From NCBI RefSeq assembly GCF_018350175.1, contig NC_058369.1, positions 8,248,001 through 8,312,000 on the forward strand: a stretch of DNA of 64,000 nt, read 5' to 3'. A program made the translations under genes and the position numbers. The number at the start of each line of letters is the position of its first letter. Positions within the stretch are counted from its first letter, which is position 1. This document shows, piece after piece, positions 1 to 11,960 of the stretch. This stretch comes from Felis catus (taxonomy: Eukaryota). The notes under the pieces are model-generated. The model was not told the DNA's origin and did no database searches. It saw only the letters and a program-made list of their open reading frames with translations.

Positions 1-439
1 AACCTGAGGTCTTATCCACTGATTCTCCTTGGCAATGGCTTCTACATAGTTCACCTCTGTGAAGCAGGTCACCCTGGGACTGCTGGGTTAGTTACGTAAG
101 AGGATACAGGGGCCAGGAGGCAAGAGACCGTTAGGTAACACGAGTTAAGAGACCATGCGCCTTAGCCTAAGAACAAAACAAAACAGCAAAAAATACAACA
201 AAAACCTGTCTCCGTCACATTCAAAAGCGTTTAAGGAAACTAAGCTTCAGCATATAACACCTTGGAGAAGGGAATCAAGGTGACCTTTTCTTCAGCCCTC
301 AAACGTGCTACATGCTTTCCAGATAGATGCCCATGAAGGCAGCACAGATTATCCAGTAGCCACCTAGGTATTCACCGTGTCCTAAAAACTCCCCTCGGAT
401 CGTCTTCTGCCTGTCCCCCAACTTGCTCACGGAGTTCAA

Positions 440-661
440 AGCTTTTCTTGAACATAAGCACACCAAGCACGGTCATACCTCAGGACCTTTGCACTTGCTG
501 TTTCTTCTTCCTGAAAGCTCCCTCCCCTCCATATACCTGACTGATTCCATCCTTTCATTCTGGGCTCTGCTTAGCATCACCTTTTTATTTTTATTTTTAT
601 TATTTTTGTAAAGTTTATTTATCTTTGAGAGACAGAGAGACAGCACGAGCCGGGGAGAGGC

Positions 662-706
<45 letters not shown>

Positions 707-1050
707 ACAGAATCTGAAGCAGGCTCCAGGCTCTGAGCTGTCAACGCAGAGCCTGATGTGGCTCGAACCCACAAACCACAAGGTCATGACGTGAGCCGAA
801 GTCAGACGCTCAACCAACTGCGCCACCCAGGCGCCCCAGGGTCACCTGTTTAAAAGAGTGTTCCCTGACTACTCTGTCTGGGATCACTCTGTAGCCCCAA
901 GCCCCACTTTGCCTTTCTTCCAGGTTCTTCTCGCTGGTCTCTTCTCTGCCCATCCCCCACGCTGAACGAAGGTCGGAAGAAGCCGGGCTCTGTCTCTCTT
1001 GTTCACTACCCCTTCTCCAGTGCCTGATACGTAGCACACACTCAGTCAAG
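440..1050 (+). mobile_element. Old LINE-2 3' fragment interrupted by a minus-strand CAN-SINE (582-837)
   Basis: L2-like motifs GGACCTTTGCACTTGCTGTT and CTTGTTCACT...CCAGTGCCTG; SINE flanked by TCACCT on both sides. Confidence 0.6.
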
Positions 1051-1397
1051 GTTACGAGCTGGATGTTTGTGTCCCTTCAAAATTCCCATGTTGAGATCCT
1101 AACCCCTCCGGTGACGGTATCAGGGAGGTCGGGCTCTTGGAAGGCGGTCAGATCTCGAGGCGAGAGCCCTCATGACCGGGATTTTTGACCCCAGGGAGCT
1201 CTCTCTTGCTCTTTCTCCACCAGGTGAGGACACCATAATACTTGTGCAAGCAAGGAAACGCACCCTCATCGGGAATCAAATGTGCCGCTGTCTCAGTCTT
1301 CCATTTCCCAGCCTGCAGAGCCTGCAGAGAAATCTCTGCTGTTTATAAGCCGTCCAGTCTATGGTATCTGGTAACAGCAGGCTGAGTAGGCTACGAT
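1051..1397 (+). mobile_element. MaLR LTR (MLT1A-like)
   Basis: GATGTTTGTGTCCCTTCAAAATTCCCATGTTGA...CTGCTGTTTATAAGCC..CCAGTCTATGGTAT, typical MLT1A/A0 motifs. Confidence 0.75.
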
Positions 1398-2121
1398 CGT
1401 CATTAATTCATGAATGACTTTACATCCTGCACCTTAGGTTCTGTAGAGAGGGCTTTGAGGTGACCTCAAATGACAGCCTGGGTGGCTGCAAATGCGAAGT
1501 CCTGCCCGTTCACTCAGTCATGACCGGTACTCACTGGACCCCAGCCATTAGATGCTGGTGGCCATAGCTTATATTTAGATTTCTTGCCATCATAAAGCTA
1601 CTTTTTTTTTAATTTTTAATGTTTATTATTTTTGAGAGAGAGACAGAGCGTGAGTGGAGGAGGGGGCGGAGAGAGGGAGACACAGAACCCCAAGTGGGCT
1701 CCAGGCTCCCAGCTGTCAGCACAGAGCCCCACGCGGGGCTCGAACCCATGAATCGCGAGACCATGGCCCGAGCCGAAGTTGGATGCTTAACCCACTGAAC
1801 CACCCAGACACCCCTATGCTACTTTTTTTTTCAAAGAGTATGATTTCTAATAGCCTCTATGCTTGAGACCATACTTGAATTCTGTTCTACTTCGTCATGT
1901 GGTTGGGGGAAGGTCCCTCTGCCCGTACAATCTGAGGCCATTGCTCTGTGATACTCTGCTTTCAAATGCTGCCTTATACAGTCAAAGCCCATCATGAGCC
2001 TTCTGGCTCTAAAACATTGTTAACTTGATGTACAGAGATGAAAATTGTTTAAGCGGAGATTAAAAAGACACCAATATCTTACACACACACACACACACAC
2101 ACACATACACACCCGCTCTAC

Positions 2122-2290
2122 CTTGGTCTCTGTGCAACCATGTTCTTGGAGGGATGAAGGTGATGTCGATAGGGGACAATGTTACCATGGAGACGACTGG
2201 GCTTGGTCCTATGAACCATGTTCTTGGCGGGATGAAGGTGACATTGATACGGTACAACGTTACCATGGAGACAGCTGGGACCAGCTCTAT
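2122..2290. repeat. Two-copy tandem repeat, 78-bp period
   Basis: AACCATGTTCTTGG.GGGATGAAGGTGA...GTTACCATGGAGAC starts at both 2136 and 2214. Confidence 0.9.
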
Positions 2291-2795
2291 TAGCTGCAGC
2301 CTTGCTAGCCGTTATCCCTGCAAAAAGGGTGTGAAGAAATTAATATGCCAGCAGCCCGGGACACGTGACTCCTACAGGGTCCGGGTCAGTTTGTGTGTTT
2401 AGGGACGGACGGGCAAAGAGCCCCTGGAAGCATCGTGAAGATGGTAAATGCAGGATCATCAGAAAGAGACGTCAGAAAAACCTGGCAGTCCGCCCCCCTG
2501 CTGAAGGTTTGTGCCAGACTAATAGCAGGAGAAAGGGGAGGTGTTGGTGCCATTAGCGAAGGGAAAAAAAGCAAGCAAGCAAGCAAAGGACAAAAAAAGC
2601 TCACCTCGAAAATCCAGCCTACAAGCCCGAAGCCGAGTCGGAGCAGTTGGGGGTAGGCCTCGGCACCCAGATATCGTAGCGGACTTTGAGATTTATTTCA
2701 GTGGTCTGTTTCATCTAATGAAAGAAATGTTCTACTATTATCATACGGGGCAGCCAGGGCCACTTGTTCTAAAGGACAATAGAAACAGACGTGAT

Positions 2796-3805
2796 AATGG
2801 CCACCGTGGAAAACAGTATGGCGGTTCCTGGAAGAATTCAAAACAGGATTACCATAGGACCCAAGAATCCACTGCTGGGTTCTTCCCCAGAAGAGGGGAA
2901 AGAAAGGTCCCAAAGAGATAACCACACACCCATGGTCACAGCACCAGGGTCCCCAGTAGCCCTAAGGTGGAGGCAGCCCTAGTGTCCACCAACGGATGAA
3001 TGAATGAACAAAACGTGGTCCATCCATACAATGGAATGTTATTCAGACTTGAAAAAGAAGGACATTCTGGGGTGCCTGGGTGGCTCAGCGGGTTAGGCGT
3101 CTGACCCTAGTTCAGGTCATGATCTCACAGTTTGTGGGTTTGAGCCCCGCGTCGGGCTCTGTGCTGATGGCTCAGAGCCTAGAGTTTGCTTCAGATTCTG
3201 TGTCTCCTTCTCTCTCTCTGCCCCTCCCCCGTTTGTGCTTGCTCTCTCTCTCTCTGTCTGCCTCAAAAATAAGTAAATAAGGGGCCCCTGGGTGGGTCGG
3301 TCGGTTGACCGTCCATTTTGGCTCAGGTCATGATCTCGCAGTTCGTGGGTTCGGGCCCCGCATTGGGCTTTGTGCTGATGGTGCAGAGCCTGCTTGGGAT
3401 TTTCTCTCTCTCTCTGCCCCTCCCCCACTTGCACGCTCTCTAAGTGAATAAATACACCTAAAAAAATTTTTTTTAATAAATAACTTAAAAAAAAGGACAT
3501 TCTGACACAACATGGATGAATCCTGAGGACATTATGCTGAGTGAAATACGCCAGTCACAAAAGGAAAAGTACTGTGATTCCACTTCTATGAAGTATGTAG
3601 AATAGGCACATTCATAGAAACAGGAAGTAGATGGTGGCTGGGGGAGGGGAAGGAGGGTTAGTTTTAATGCGGACAGAGGTTCAGTCTCAGAAGATGGAAA
3701 AGTTCTGGAGATGGATGGTGGGCATGGCCGTGCACCAGTGTGAATGTGCTTAATGCCACTGAACAGGACACTTCAAGACGGGTAAGATGGTAAATTTTAT
3801 GTTAA
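2796..3805 (+). mobile_element. L1 (L1MB-like) 3' end interrupted by two tandem CAN-SINEs (3069-3495)
   Basis: GTGGAAAACAGTATGGCGGTTCC...ATACAATGGAAT...CTGAGGACATTATGCTGAGTGAAATA...AAAGTTCTGGAGATGGATGGTG; TSD AAGGACATTCT on both sides of the SINE pair. Confidence 0.85.
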
Positions 3806-3859
3806 CTGTGAATTGTGTGAGGAGGGGGAGGGGCAGAGGCGTGAGAGAGAATCTTTTTT

Positions 3860-4078
3860 ATAAATTTTTTTTTTTCAGTGTTTATTTATTTTTGGGACAG
3901 AGAGAGACAGAGCATGAACGGGGGAGGGGCAGAGAAAGAGGGAGTCACAGAATCGGAAACAGGCTCCAGGCTCTGAGCCATCAGCCCAGAGCCTGACGCG
4001 GGGCTCGAACCCACAGACCGCGAGATCGTGACCTGGCTGAAGTCGGACACTTAGCCGACTGCGCCACCCAGGCGCCCC
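3860..4078 (-). mobile_element. Young felid SINEC_Fc nested in an older CAN-SINE (3820-4206)
   Basis: tRNA-derived head, (CT)n and A-rich tail on the minus strand; TSD GAGAATCTT. Confidence 0.9.
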
Positions 4079-4237
4079 GAGAATCTTAAGCAGAGTCCGT
4101 GCCCAGCGCAGAGCCCAACGTGGGGCTCGATCTCACGACCGTGAGAGCATGACCTGAGCCGATATCGAGAGTTGGACGCTTAACTGACTAAGTTACCCAG
4201 GCGCCCTTGATTTTTAAGAAATGTTTATTTGTTTATT

Positions 4238-4275
<38 letters not shown>

Positions 4276-5258
4276 GAAGAGAGGGAGACAGAGAATCCCA
4301 AGCAGGCTCTGTGCTGTCAGCGCAGAGCCCGACGTGGGGCTTGAACTCATGAACCCTGAGATCACGACCTGAGGCGATACCAAGAGTCAGACGCTCCACC
4401 GATGGAGCCACCCAGGCGCCCCTTAACCATGATTTCTAAAAATTACTTTTCAAAATCAGCAACGTGGGGTGCCTGGGAGGCTCAGTCGGTTAAATGTCTG
4501 ACCTCAGCTCAGGTCACGATCTCACAGTCCGTGGGTTCGAGCCCCGCGTCGGGCTCTGTGCTGATGGCTCGGAGCCTGGAGCCTGCTTCGGATTCTGTGT
4601 CTCCCTCTCTCTCTGCCCCTCCTTCACTCACACTCTTTTTGTCTCTCACTCTCTCTCTCAAAAATAAACACTAAACATATTTTTTAAAAAACCAGCATTG
4701 AGATGCATCTTAGCTGGACCCTGTTACCCACTGAGGCTGCTGTGCCTGAGCCCTGCCACGACCTCATTAGACGGGGACGCCAGCCAGGGGGCCAGGTGAT
4801 AAGGAACACAGCCCCAACTCCGAAGGGTGCAGAGCCCTCACAGCACCGATACCTTGTAAGTGTCTCCCGTGCCACCAGCGACATGTGCCCCCTGGTCCGG
4901 GAAAGGTGATTCCGGTCCAGCCGCTGGTGGGGGGCTCAGGATTTCAACACAGGGGTGAGTGCAGGGGGCATCGACATTCATCCCACTGCAGTGACGGTCA
5001 TGTTGAGAGGACGAGGCTTCTCTATGAACAACGGCTCAGAAGCAGCCCCGAGGCCGAGTGCTCAGACCTTCCTCAGTGGCAAATTCACACCCTCTCCTTC
5101 GAGGATGATGCGAATACTTCCATACTGGAAGAATTGTACTTTTCAGTAGTCCCCACTCTTTGCATCCGACAACATCCCTGGTCCCTGGAGACAAAAGATG
5201 GTTCTAGTCTCTGCCCTCCCACACTTTACCATTTCCTGGAGGAAACAGATTGGGAGAC

Positions 5259-6105
5259 TGTGTAGTAGGGTTTCACGTGGTCCCCCCACTTCTGGGAGGT
5301 CATCTCTGAGATGTCATGCCGGAGAGGAGGGTCTTTGTTTGCCGGGAGGCCTTGGGTCCCACTGGTTAGTCCAATGGTATGACTTAGGGTGGGGGCCAGA
5401 AAGACCCACATTGGGGTCTGCGTGGGGGCTTGGGGGTCACGTGGCTTTGGTGCATCTGGAGACTGAGATCAGCCTTGTGGGCAATCGACTAATTGGTCAA
5501 ATGTCCCCACGTACTAGGGCTCCCAGCAGACCTCACCGCCTGTGCTTGGGTGAGCTTCCCTGGCTGGTGATGCTCCAGTCTTCCGGACATATCACACACC
5601 GATGCTGGGAGAGTCAATCTGTCCTGTCCCCACAGGGAGAGGACAAGAGAAGCTGCACGTTTGGCACTTGTCCCACACGCGGCCTGGGCGCCTCTCTCTT
5701 GGCTGATCTGAATCTGTAGCATCCTTTCCCCATAATAAACTGTAACTGTGGGTGTAACAGCTTCCGGTCAGTTCTGCCTTTCCAGTGAGTTGTCAAAGCC
5801 AAAGGTGGTGTTGAGAAAACCTGAACTTGCAGCTGACATCACAAGTGAGGGCAGGGCCGCCTGGGGGTGCTCAGTCGGTTGGGTGTCCCTCTCTTGATTT
5901 CAGCTCAGGTCGAGATCTCACGGTTCAGGGGTTCGAGCCCCGTGTCAGACTCCGCGCTGACAGGGCAGAGCCTGCTTGCGATTCTCTCCCTCCTTCTCTC
6001 TCCCTGCCCTTCCCCTGCTCGCCCTCCTCTCTCAAAATAAATAACCTTAAAAAAAAAAAGAAAGGAAGAAATGAGGGCAGTCTTGGGGGAACTGTGTCAC
6101 AACGG
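5259..6105 (+). mobile_element. MER21C-like ERV LTR with an inserted CAN-SINE (5855-6062)
   Basis: GGGTGAGCTTCCCTGGCTGG...CACAGGGAGAGGACAA...TAATAAACTGTAACTGTG...GAACTTGCAGCTGACATCACAAGTGAGGG; TGAGGGCAG repeated on both sides of the SINE. Confidence 0.7.
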
Positions 6106-7328
6106 TTAGTGGCGTCTAACCCTTCGTAGCAAATCACGAAGTGAACAATATTTGAAATTCTCATAAGCCTTTGAATCAAGAACAGGGACGGGTGCTCTGA
6201 GAACCTAGCTCCTCCAGCCGCTCCGGAACCTTTACAGCTTCCATGTTTCGAGTCTGGCCAAGCCCTGACCGGTTACGGCTTGAGCAATTACGGGAGGTTG
6301 GCTCAAACTGCACTCCGGGGACTGTCGTCTCCGGGAATCTCTCATCCTTCCCTGCAGGGGCCACACTGCTCTTTGTCGAGGTGCGTGCCGGGTCTGCGGC
6401 TCTGTTTTATCTCCGCTGGTGTGCTGATCCGTGGCTTTGCTGACCCGGTGGCGCTCTCTGAAAAGTCTCTCTTCCTCCTGAAAACAGCGGTTGGCTGTCG
6501 GCTTTTGAAATAATCCCCTAAACCCGACCCTGCAGGAGTCTTATAAAAGCTGCTGTGGAGTTGAAATGCTTGCAGAACCATCAGGTATCACTGGCTGGTA
6601 TAAAAACAACGGCATCGGGGGCTCCTGGGGGGGGGGGGGGGCTCAGCTGCTTGAGCGTCAGACTCTTGATTTCGGCACCAGCCACGATCTCACAGTCGTG
6701 AGATCGAGTCCCGCGTCAGGCTCTGCACCGGGTGTGGAGCCGGCTTGGGATTCTCTCTCTCCCTCTCTCTCTCGGCCCCTCCCCCTCTCACGCTCTGTCT
6801 TTCTCTCTCTCAAAAATAAAGAAACATCGAAAAAAAAATTTTTTTTTAAAAAGGAAGGAAATTCTGCCACCTGCTACAATGTGTGACAACTGTCTTCCAC
6901 AGTGGCTGCCCCACTTCACATTTCCATCAGCAGTGCAGGATGGCTTCCTTTTCTTTTTCTTCTTTTTTTTTTTTCTTTTTTAACGTTTATTTTTTTATTT
7001 CGAGAGACAGAGAGAAAGAGCGTTCTAGTGCAGGAGGGGCAGAGAGAGAGGGAGAACGAATCCCAAGCAGGCTCTGCATTGTCAGCACAGAGCCCAATTT
7101 GGGGCTCGAACTCAGGAACCGTGAGATCGTGACCTGAGCCGAAACCGAGTCGGATGCTCAACCGAACTGAGCCGCCCAGGCCCCCGAGATGGCTCCCTTT
7201 TCTCTAGGACCTCACAACACTTGTGATTTTGTTTTGTTTTTATATAATAGACATCCTAATGCATGTGAAGGGGTATCTCATTGTGGCTTTGATTTGCATT
7301 TCCCTAATGATTAGCATTACTGAGAAAA

Positions 7329-7329
7329 T

Positions 7330-7376
<47 letters not shown>

Positions 7377-7377
7377 T
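7329..7377. repeat. (TTTA)n microsatellite in a SINE tail; also (ATT)n at 15698-15733, (AAAT)n at 24108-24153 and (GA)n at 14194-14241
   Basis: Read directly. Confidence 0.9.
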
Positions 7378-7727
7378 GTTTATGTTTATTTATATTTGAG
7401 AGAGACAGATAGTGTGAGCAGGAGAGGAGCACAGAGAGAGAGGGTGACACAAACTCCGAAGCAGGCTCCAGGCTCTGACCTGTCAGCATGGAGCCCGACG
7501 CGGAACTCGAACCCACGGACCGTGAAGTCATGACCTGAGGCGAAATCGGACGCTCAACCAACTGAGCCACCCAGGCGCCCCAAGAAAATATTTTTAACCT
7601 AGGAATTATTTTGAGACTAGCGAGAAGCATCCAAAATTAGGTAACAGACAGCCACGTGTTGTGTCCCGAGGTGACAGTGATACTCAGGTTGGTTCTTACC
7701 CACCTTCTGCGCTGAAATAGGCCTTTT

Positions 7728-7758
<31 letters not shown>

Positions 7759-8409
7759 GGCACACTTCCCTGCACACACTGGCAGCGGACATGGGAGCAC
7801 CACACACCCGGGCTGGGCTCTCCGTGTGCAAACAGAGCCGGCCCAGGGCACCCAGCCTCACGAGGTCATCGGCTGGGGAAGGTCACATGGCCAGCTGCCC
7901 CATCGCTTCTGACCAGCGACACCTCGGAAGCTGGTTTCACAGAAACCAGCTGTGCTGGGAGGCTGCCGGCCTTCCCCCTCTCTGGGGCTCCTGCAGCGGG
8001 TGCCCTGCGGGGTCTAGCTTCCCGACCCACACCCTGCGTCCCGGGCACTTGCCGCTCGGAGATCGTACAGTGATCACTGCATTTATGTTTCTCGCATCAC
8101 ATCCGGACACATCGGGATCTGGGCTGCTGCCTTCTATGCTCGAGAAACACGTGCTGAACTCTGGCCACCATACTGCTTTTTAAGAAAATGAGTTCTAGGG
8201 GCGCCTGGTGGCTCGGTCGGTTAAGCGTCCGACTGCGGCTCAGGTCATGATCTCACGGTTCGTGGGTTCGAGCCCCAAGCTAGGCTGACAGCTCAGAGCC
8301 TGGAGCCCGCTTTGGATTCTGTGTCTCCCTCGCTCTCTGCCCTTCCCCCCCTCGTGCTCTGTCTCTGCCTCTCTCAAAAATAAAGAAACATTAAAAAATT
8401 AAAAAAAAG

Positions 8410-8880
8410 AAAACGAGTTCTAAACTGTTCATGTACCAACCTCACAATACATTGCGTTATTACGAGTATTTCAAATTCGACCTTCATTTGGATTTACGCC
8501 CACTTATCACTTTTTTCGCTCAACCTTCCTTCTTGGGAAGGAAGAGGGAAGCTCTCTCCCTCTTGGGATCACTTCTCTTCTGTTCTGCTTGAACAACATC
8601 CTTTAGAACTTCTTTTGACGTGGGTTTGCTGGTGGCAAACTCTTAGTTTTTATTTGCCTGAAACGTCTTCCTTTCGCTGTATTTTGAAAATGGTTTTCGG
8701 TGCTAAGTTGCCTCTTGTTTTTTAATAGCGGTGTATTAAAGATGTGATTCCCTGTCTTCTGAATTCCAATGTTGCTTTTGTAATGTCAGTGGTCAATATG
8801 ATTGTTGTTGCTTTTATTCTGTTGATCCTAAAGTCCTCTCTCTCTCTCTGATGACTAGGTTTTATTACAGTTGGCCTACA
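8410..8880 (-). mobile_element. Old L1 fragment (antisense)
   Basis: T-rich, with TTTGCTGGTGGCAAACTCTTAGTTTTTATTTGCCTGAAA, typical of antisense L1ME-type sequence. Confidence 0.55.
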
Positions 8881-9177
8881 TGTGGAGTTATTATTTTGAT
8901 AAACTTTATTTATTTATTTATGTGTATTTATTTCTTTTTGAGACAGAGAGAGAGGGAGAGAGAGAGAGAGAGAGCGCATGAGCGAAGGAAGGGCAGAGAG
9001 AGAGGGAGGCAGAGAATCCCAAGCAGGCTCTGCGTTGTCAGCACAGAGCCCAGTGAAGGGCTGGAACCCATGAGCTCCAAGATCATGACCTGAGCCAAAA
9101 TGGAGAGTCTGACTCTTAACTGACTGAGCCAGCCAGGCCCCCCTATTTTGATACATTTTAAATTGAGGTATAAGACC

Positions 9178-9645
9178 GTATGGTGAAGAATTACCCAAAG
9201 AGAGGTCTGGTGTCCGTCCTGGCTCTCCGGAGGTCACCTCTAAACCGTCGGGACTTCCCCGATAGGATCTTGTTGGTTACTCATAGTGGAAACCTCAGGC
9301 CACTTGGTAATTTACGCCGACTTGATGACTCATGGTCGGCCCCGGATCACTTACGCTAGGAGATGACTCGGGGTGGGGGCTGACCACGCCAGAAAGACCA
9401 ACTGTGTGATCAGATGGCGGGAGCTGAGCTCTGTGCTATCACCCCAACCTCTAGGGAGGGGAGGGGACGTGCTTTTGATCGATCCATGTGGCCAATGATC
9501 CAATCAGTCACGCCCACCTAATGAAATCCCGGGAAAAACTCTGCAACTTGGGTGCGCTTCCCTGGTCAGCAATAATCTGTATATATGGTCACACATCGAT
9601 GTGCTGGGAGCAAAATGCTTCCCCGGGGACAATGAAAGCTGCTGG
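9178..9645 (+). mobile_element. MER21-family LTR fragment
   Basis: CAATCAGTCACGCCCACCTAATGAAATCCC..AAAAACTCTG..CTTGGGTGCGCTTCCCTGGTCAGCAATA...CACACATCGATGTGCTGGGAG, homologous to 5259-6105. Confidence 0.65.
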
Positions 9646-10029
9646 ATGTTAAATCTCCAGTGTCTGGCCACAGTCAAGGTCGAAGAAACGTTTGCTGAGA
9701 GACACAGGACTACTTTTTCCTGTACATCTTGGATCTGTTTTGCTCCTAAGTCCTCTGTTACTGCTTTCTTTTGTGTTCGACTGACTTTTTCCTCGTGTCC
9801 CATCTGGAGGCCATCGTCATTTCCTTTCACCAGGCTTTTCGGTCTCTCTGTTGATTGTCCCCTCTGCCATCCCTCGCCCCAGATGGCTGAGGGTAGCAGA
9901 TGTCTTCACGGCTTTTGGCAGATGCCGCCCGGGGAAGCTGCCCCAGCCCTGGGACAACTCTGAGGGAGGTGACGTGACAGCAAGCCCTTGGTGGGGGTGG
10001 GGACAGAAGGCAGGTCAAAACGGACAACC

Positions 10030-10676
10030 ACAGTTCTCTGAGAACGAGATCCATTTACTCCCCACACCCCACCTACAGATGGCATCAGATCCCACAGGTT
10101 AAGGGCTCAGTCCCACAAGACTTGCCCCTTTGTCACCAGTCACAAATCCAGCTTGTCACCTGTGCTTCCGATGGACTGGCCTTAAATCACAGGTTCCCAC
10201 AACCATCTCCCCAGGTCTGAGCAGTTTGCTGGAGCAGATCACAGGACTCAGAGAATCAGTGTAATTCCTAGATTAGCCGTTTACACCAAAGGATAAGAAA
10301 GGATAGAAATCAACAGCCAGATGCAGAGATACGTAGGGTGAGGTCCCAGACCCGGGAGCATCTGTCCCTGCAGAATTTGGGGCTCAGCATGCAAGTGCAT
10401 CCGGTTCACCAACCTGGAAGCGCTCTGAACCCCACCCTTTTGCGTTTTTACGGAGGCTTCATGACATAGGCATTGTTTGATGAAATCACTGACCGCTGGC
10501 GGTAGATTCACTCGCCAGTCCTTCGACTGTCCCCGGAGGCTGGTGTGGGGAGGGACTGAATGTGCCAGCTCTCCAATCACAGCACTGGTTCCCTGGACAA
10601 CCAGTCCCCCTCCTCCCGTGCTTTCCAAAAGTCACCTCATTTAAAAACAATTTTTTAAAATTTTATTTATTTTTGA

Positions 10677-10710
<34 letters not shown>

Positions 10711-11160
10711 AAGACAGAGTGTGAGTGGGGGAGGGGCAGAGAGAGAGGGAGACACAGAACCGGAAGCAGGCTCCAGGCTCTGAGCTGTCAGCACAGAGCC
10801 CGACGAGGGGCTCGAACTCACAGACTGCGAGATCATGACCTGAACCAAAGCTTAACCCACTCAGCCACCCAGGTGCCCCAAAACTCACCTCATTAATATA
10901 AATTCAGGTGTGCCTATGATTAATATCAAGACACTTTTATCATTTTTTTTTTTGGTAAGATTTTAAGCAATCTCTACCCAATGTGGGGCTCGAACTCAGA
11001 ACCCCGAGGCCAAGAGTTGCATGCTCTTCTGACTGAGCCAGCCAGGCGTCCCAACACCTCTATCCCTCTTACCGCTTGTGACATCCCAAGGGTTTTAGGA
11101 GCTCTGTGTCAGAAATGGGACAAAGCCCAATATATATTTCTTATAAATCACGACATCACA
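10030..11160 (-). mobile_element. MER21-family LTR (antisense) interrupted by two SINEs
   Basis: GATCCCACAGGTTAAGGGCTCAGTCCCACAAGAC...AACAGCCAGATGCAGAGATAC; similar to 42715-43480. Confidence 0.65.
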
Positions 11161-11389
11161 GAACAGAACCATTAGAAACTGACAGAGAAGCTGGATGTGA
11201 AAGACACTGGCCTCGAGCCCCTGGAGGGACGGAACTGCTGCTGACCGACGCACACGTTTGCCACAATTTTTGTTAAATATAGTATATGCTAGCTTAAAAA
11301 TAATTACAAATCACTCACAGTCTGGGAATCCTTCCCGGCCACTGAATACTGTGCAAATTCTAATACACGGTGTCATACTGGCGGCACAA

Positions 11390-11960
11390 GTGAATTCGTT
11401 TATTTGACTATGTTTACTGAGCATACACTATACACCAGGCACTATTACAGACACATGGGACACACTAAGGAACAAAAAGAAGACCCCACATTCCCACCGA
11501 GCTCTAAACGCTAATGGGAAAGGCACGTGAGGGCCATGGGGGACAGATGGCCGGCATGGCACATAAGTAAACCAGAGACCGCGATAAAAGGAAAGCATGC
11601 CCTAGAGAAATGGAAAAGTGGAAAGGGCGCTGGGAGAGCTGGGTGCTGAGGGAGCCGCTGTAATATAAAACAGAGTCATTACAGAAGTTGGGATTCGAGT
11701 AAAAGTCTGAGGGAGCGGAGGGATGGGGGAAAGAATGCTCCAGGCAGAAAGACAGCAGGAGCAAAGGCCCTGTGGCACAAATGTGCCTGGCAGGCTGTTA
11801 GGACAGTGAGGAGGCCACTGTGGCTGGCGTGAGCCAATGAGTGGGGACTTGCAGAGGTGAGGGCAGGGGTCTTGTGGGGGCATGGTAAGGACTTCAGCTT
11901 AGGTCAGTGCAGCCACTGGTCCAGTCCTTCTAGCTTAAGAAGATTCTAGAGGCTGATTTC
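11390..11960 (-). mobile_element. LINE-2 fragment
   Basis: TTTACTGAGCATACACTATACACCAGGCACT...CAAAGGCCCTGTGGCA...GAGGAGGCCACTGTGGCTGG, an antisense L2 3' end. Confidence 0.7.

Noticed and set aside
2122..2290. CRISPR-like repeat-spacer reading of the tandem repeat
   Set aside because: Eukaryotic DNA, only two units, the intervening sequences are homologous rather than unique spacers, and there are no cas genes.
3069..3160. tRNA-like A/B-box sequences
   Set aside because: These are SINE heads, not tRNA genes; no complete cloverleaf.
4885..5265. 126-aa ORF with protein-like composition
   Set aside because: Non-ATG start, no recognisable homology or splice structure, and flanked by repeats. 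Probably decayed TE or neutral DNA; a BLASTX or Dfam search would settle it.
9504..9830. 108-aa minus-strand ORF (KGNDDGLQMGHEEK...) suggesting a processed pseudogene
   Set aside because: It spans an LTR fragment and a purine-rich segment resembling old L1 sequence; I recognise no parent gene.
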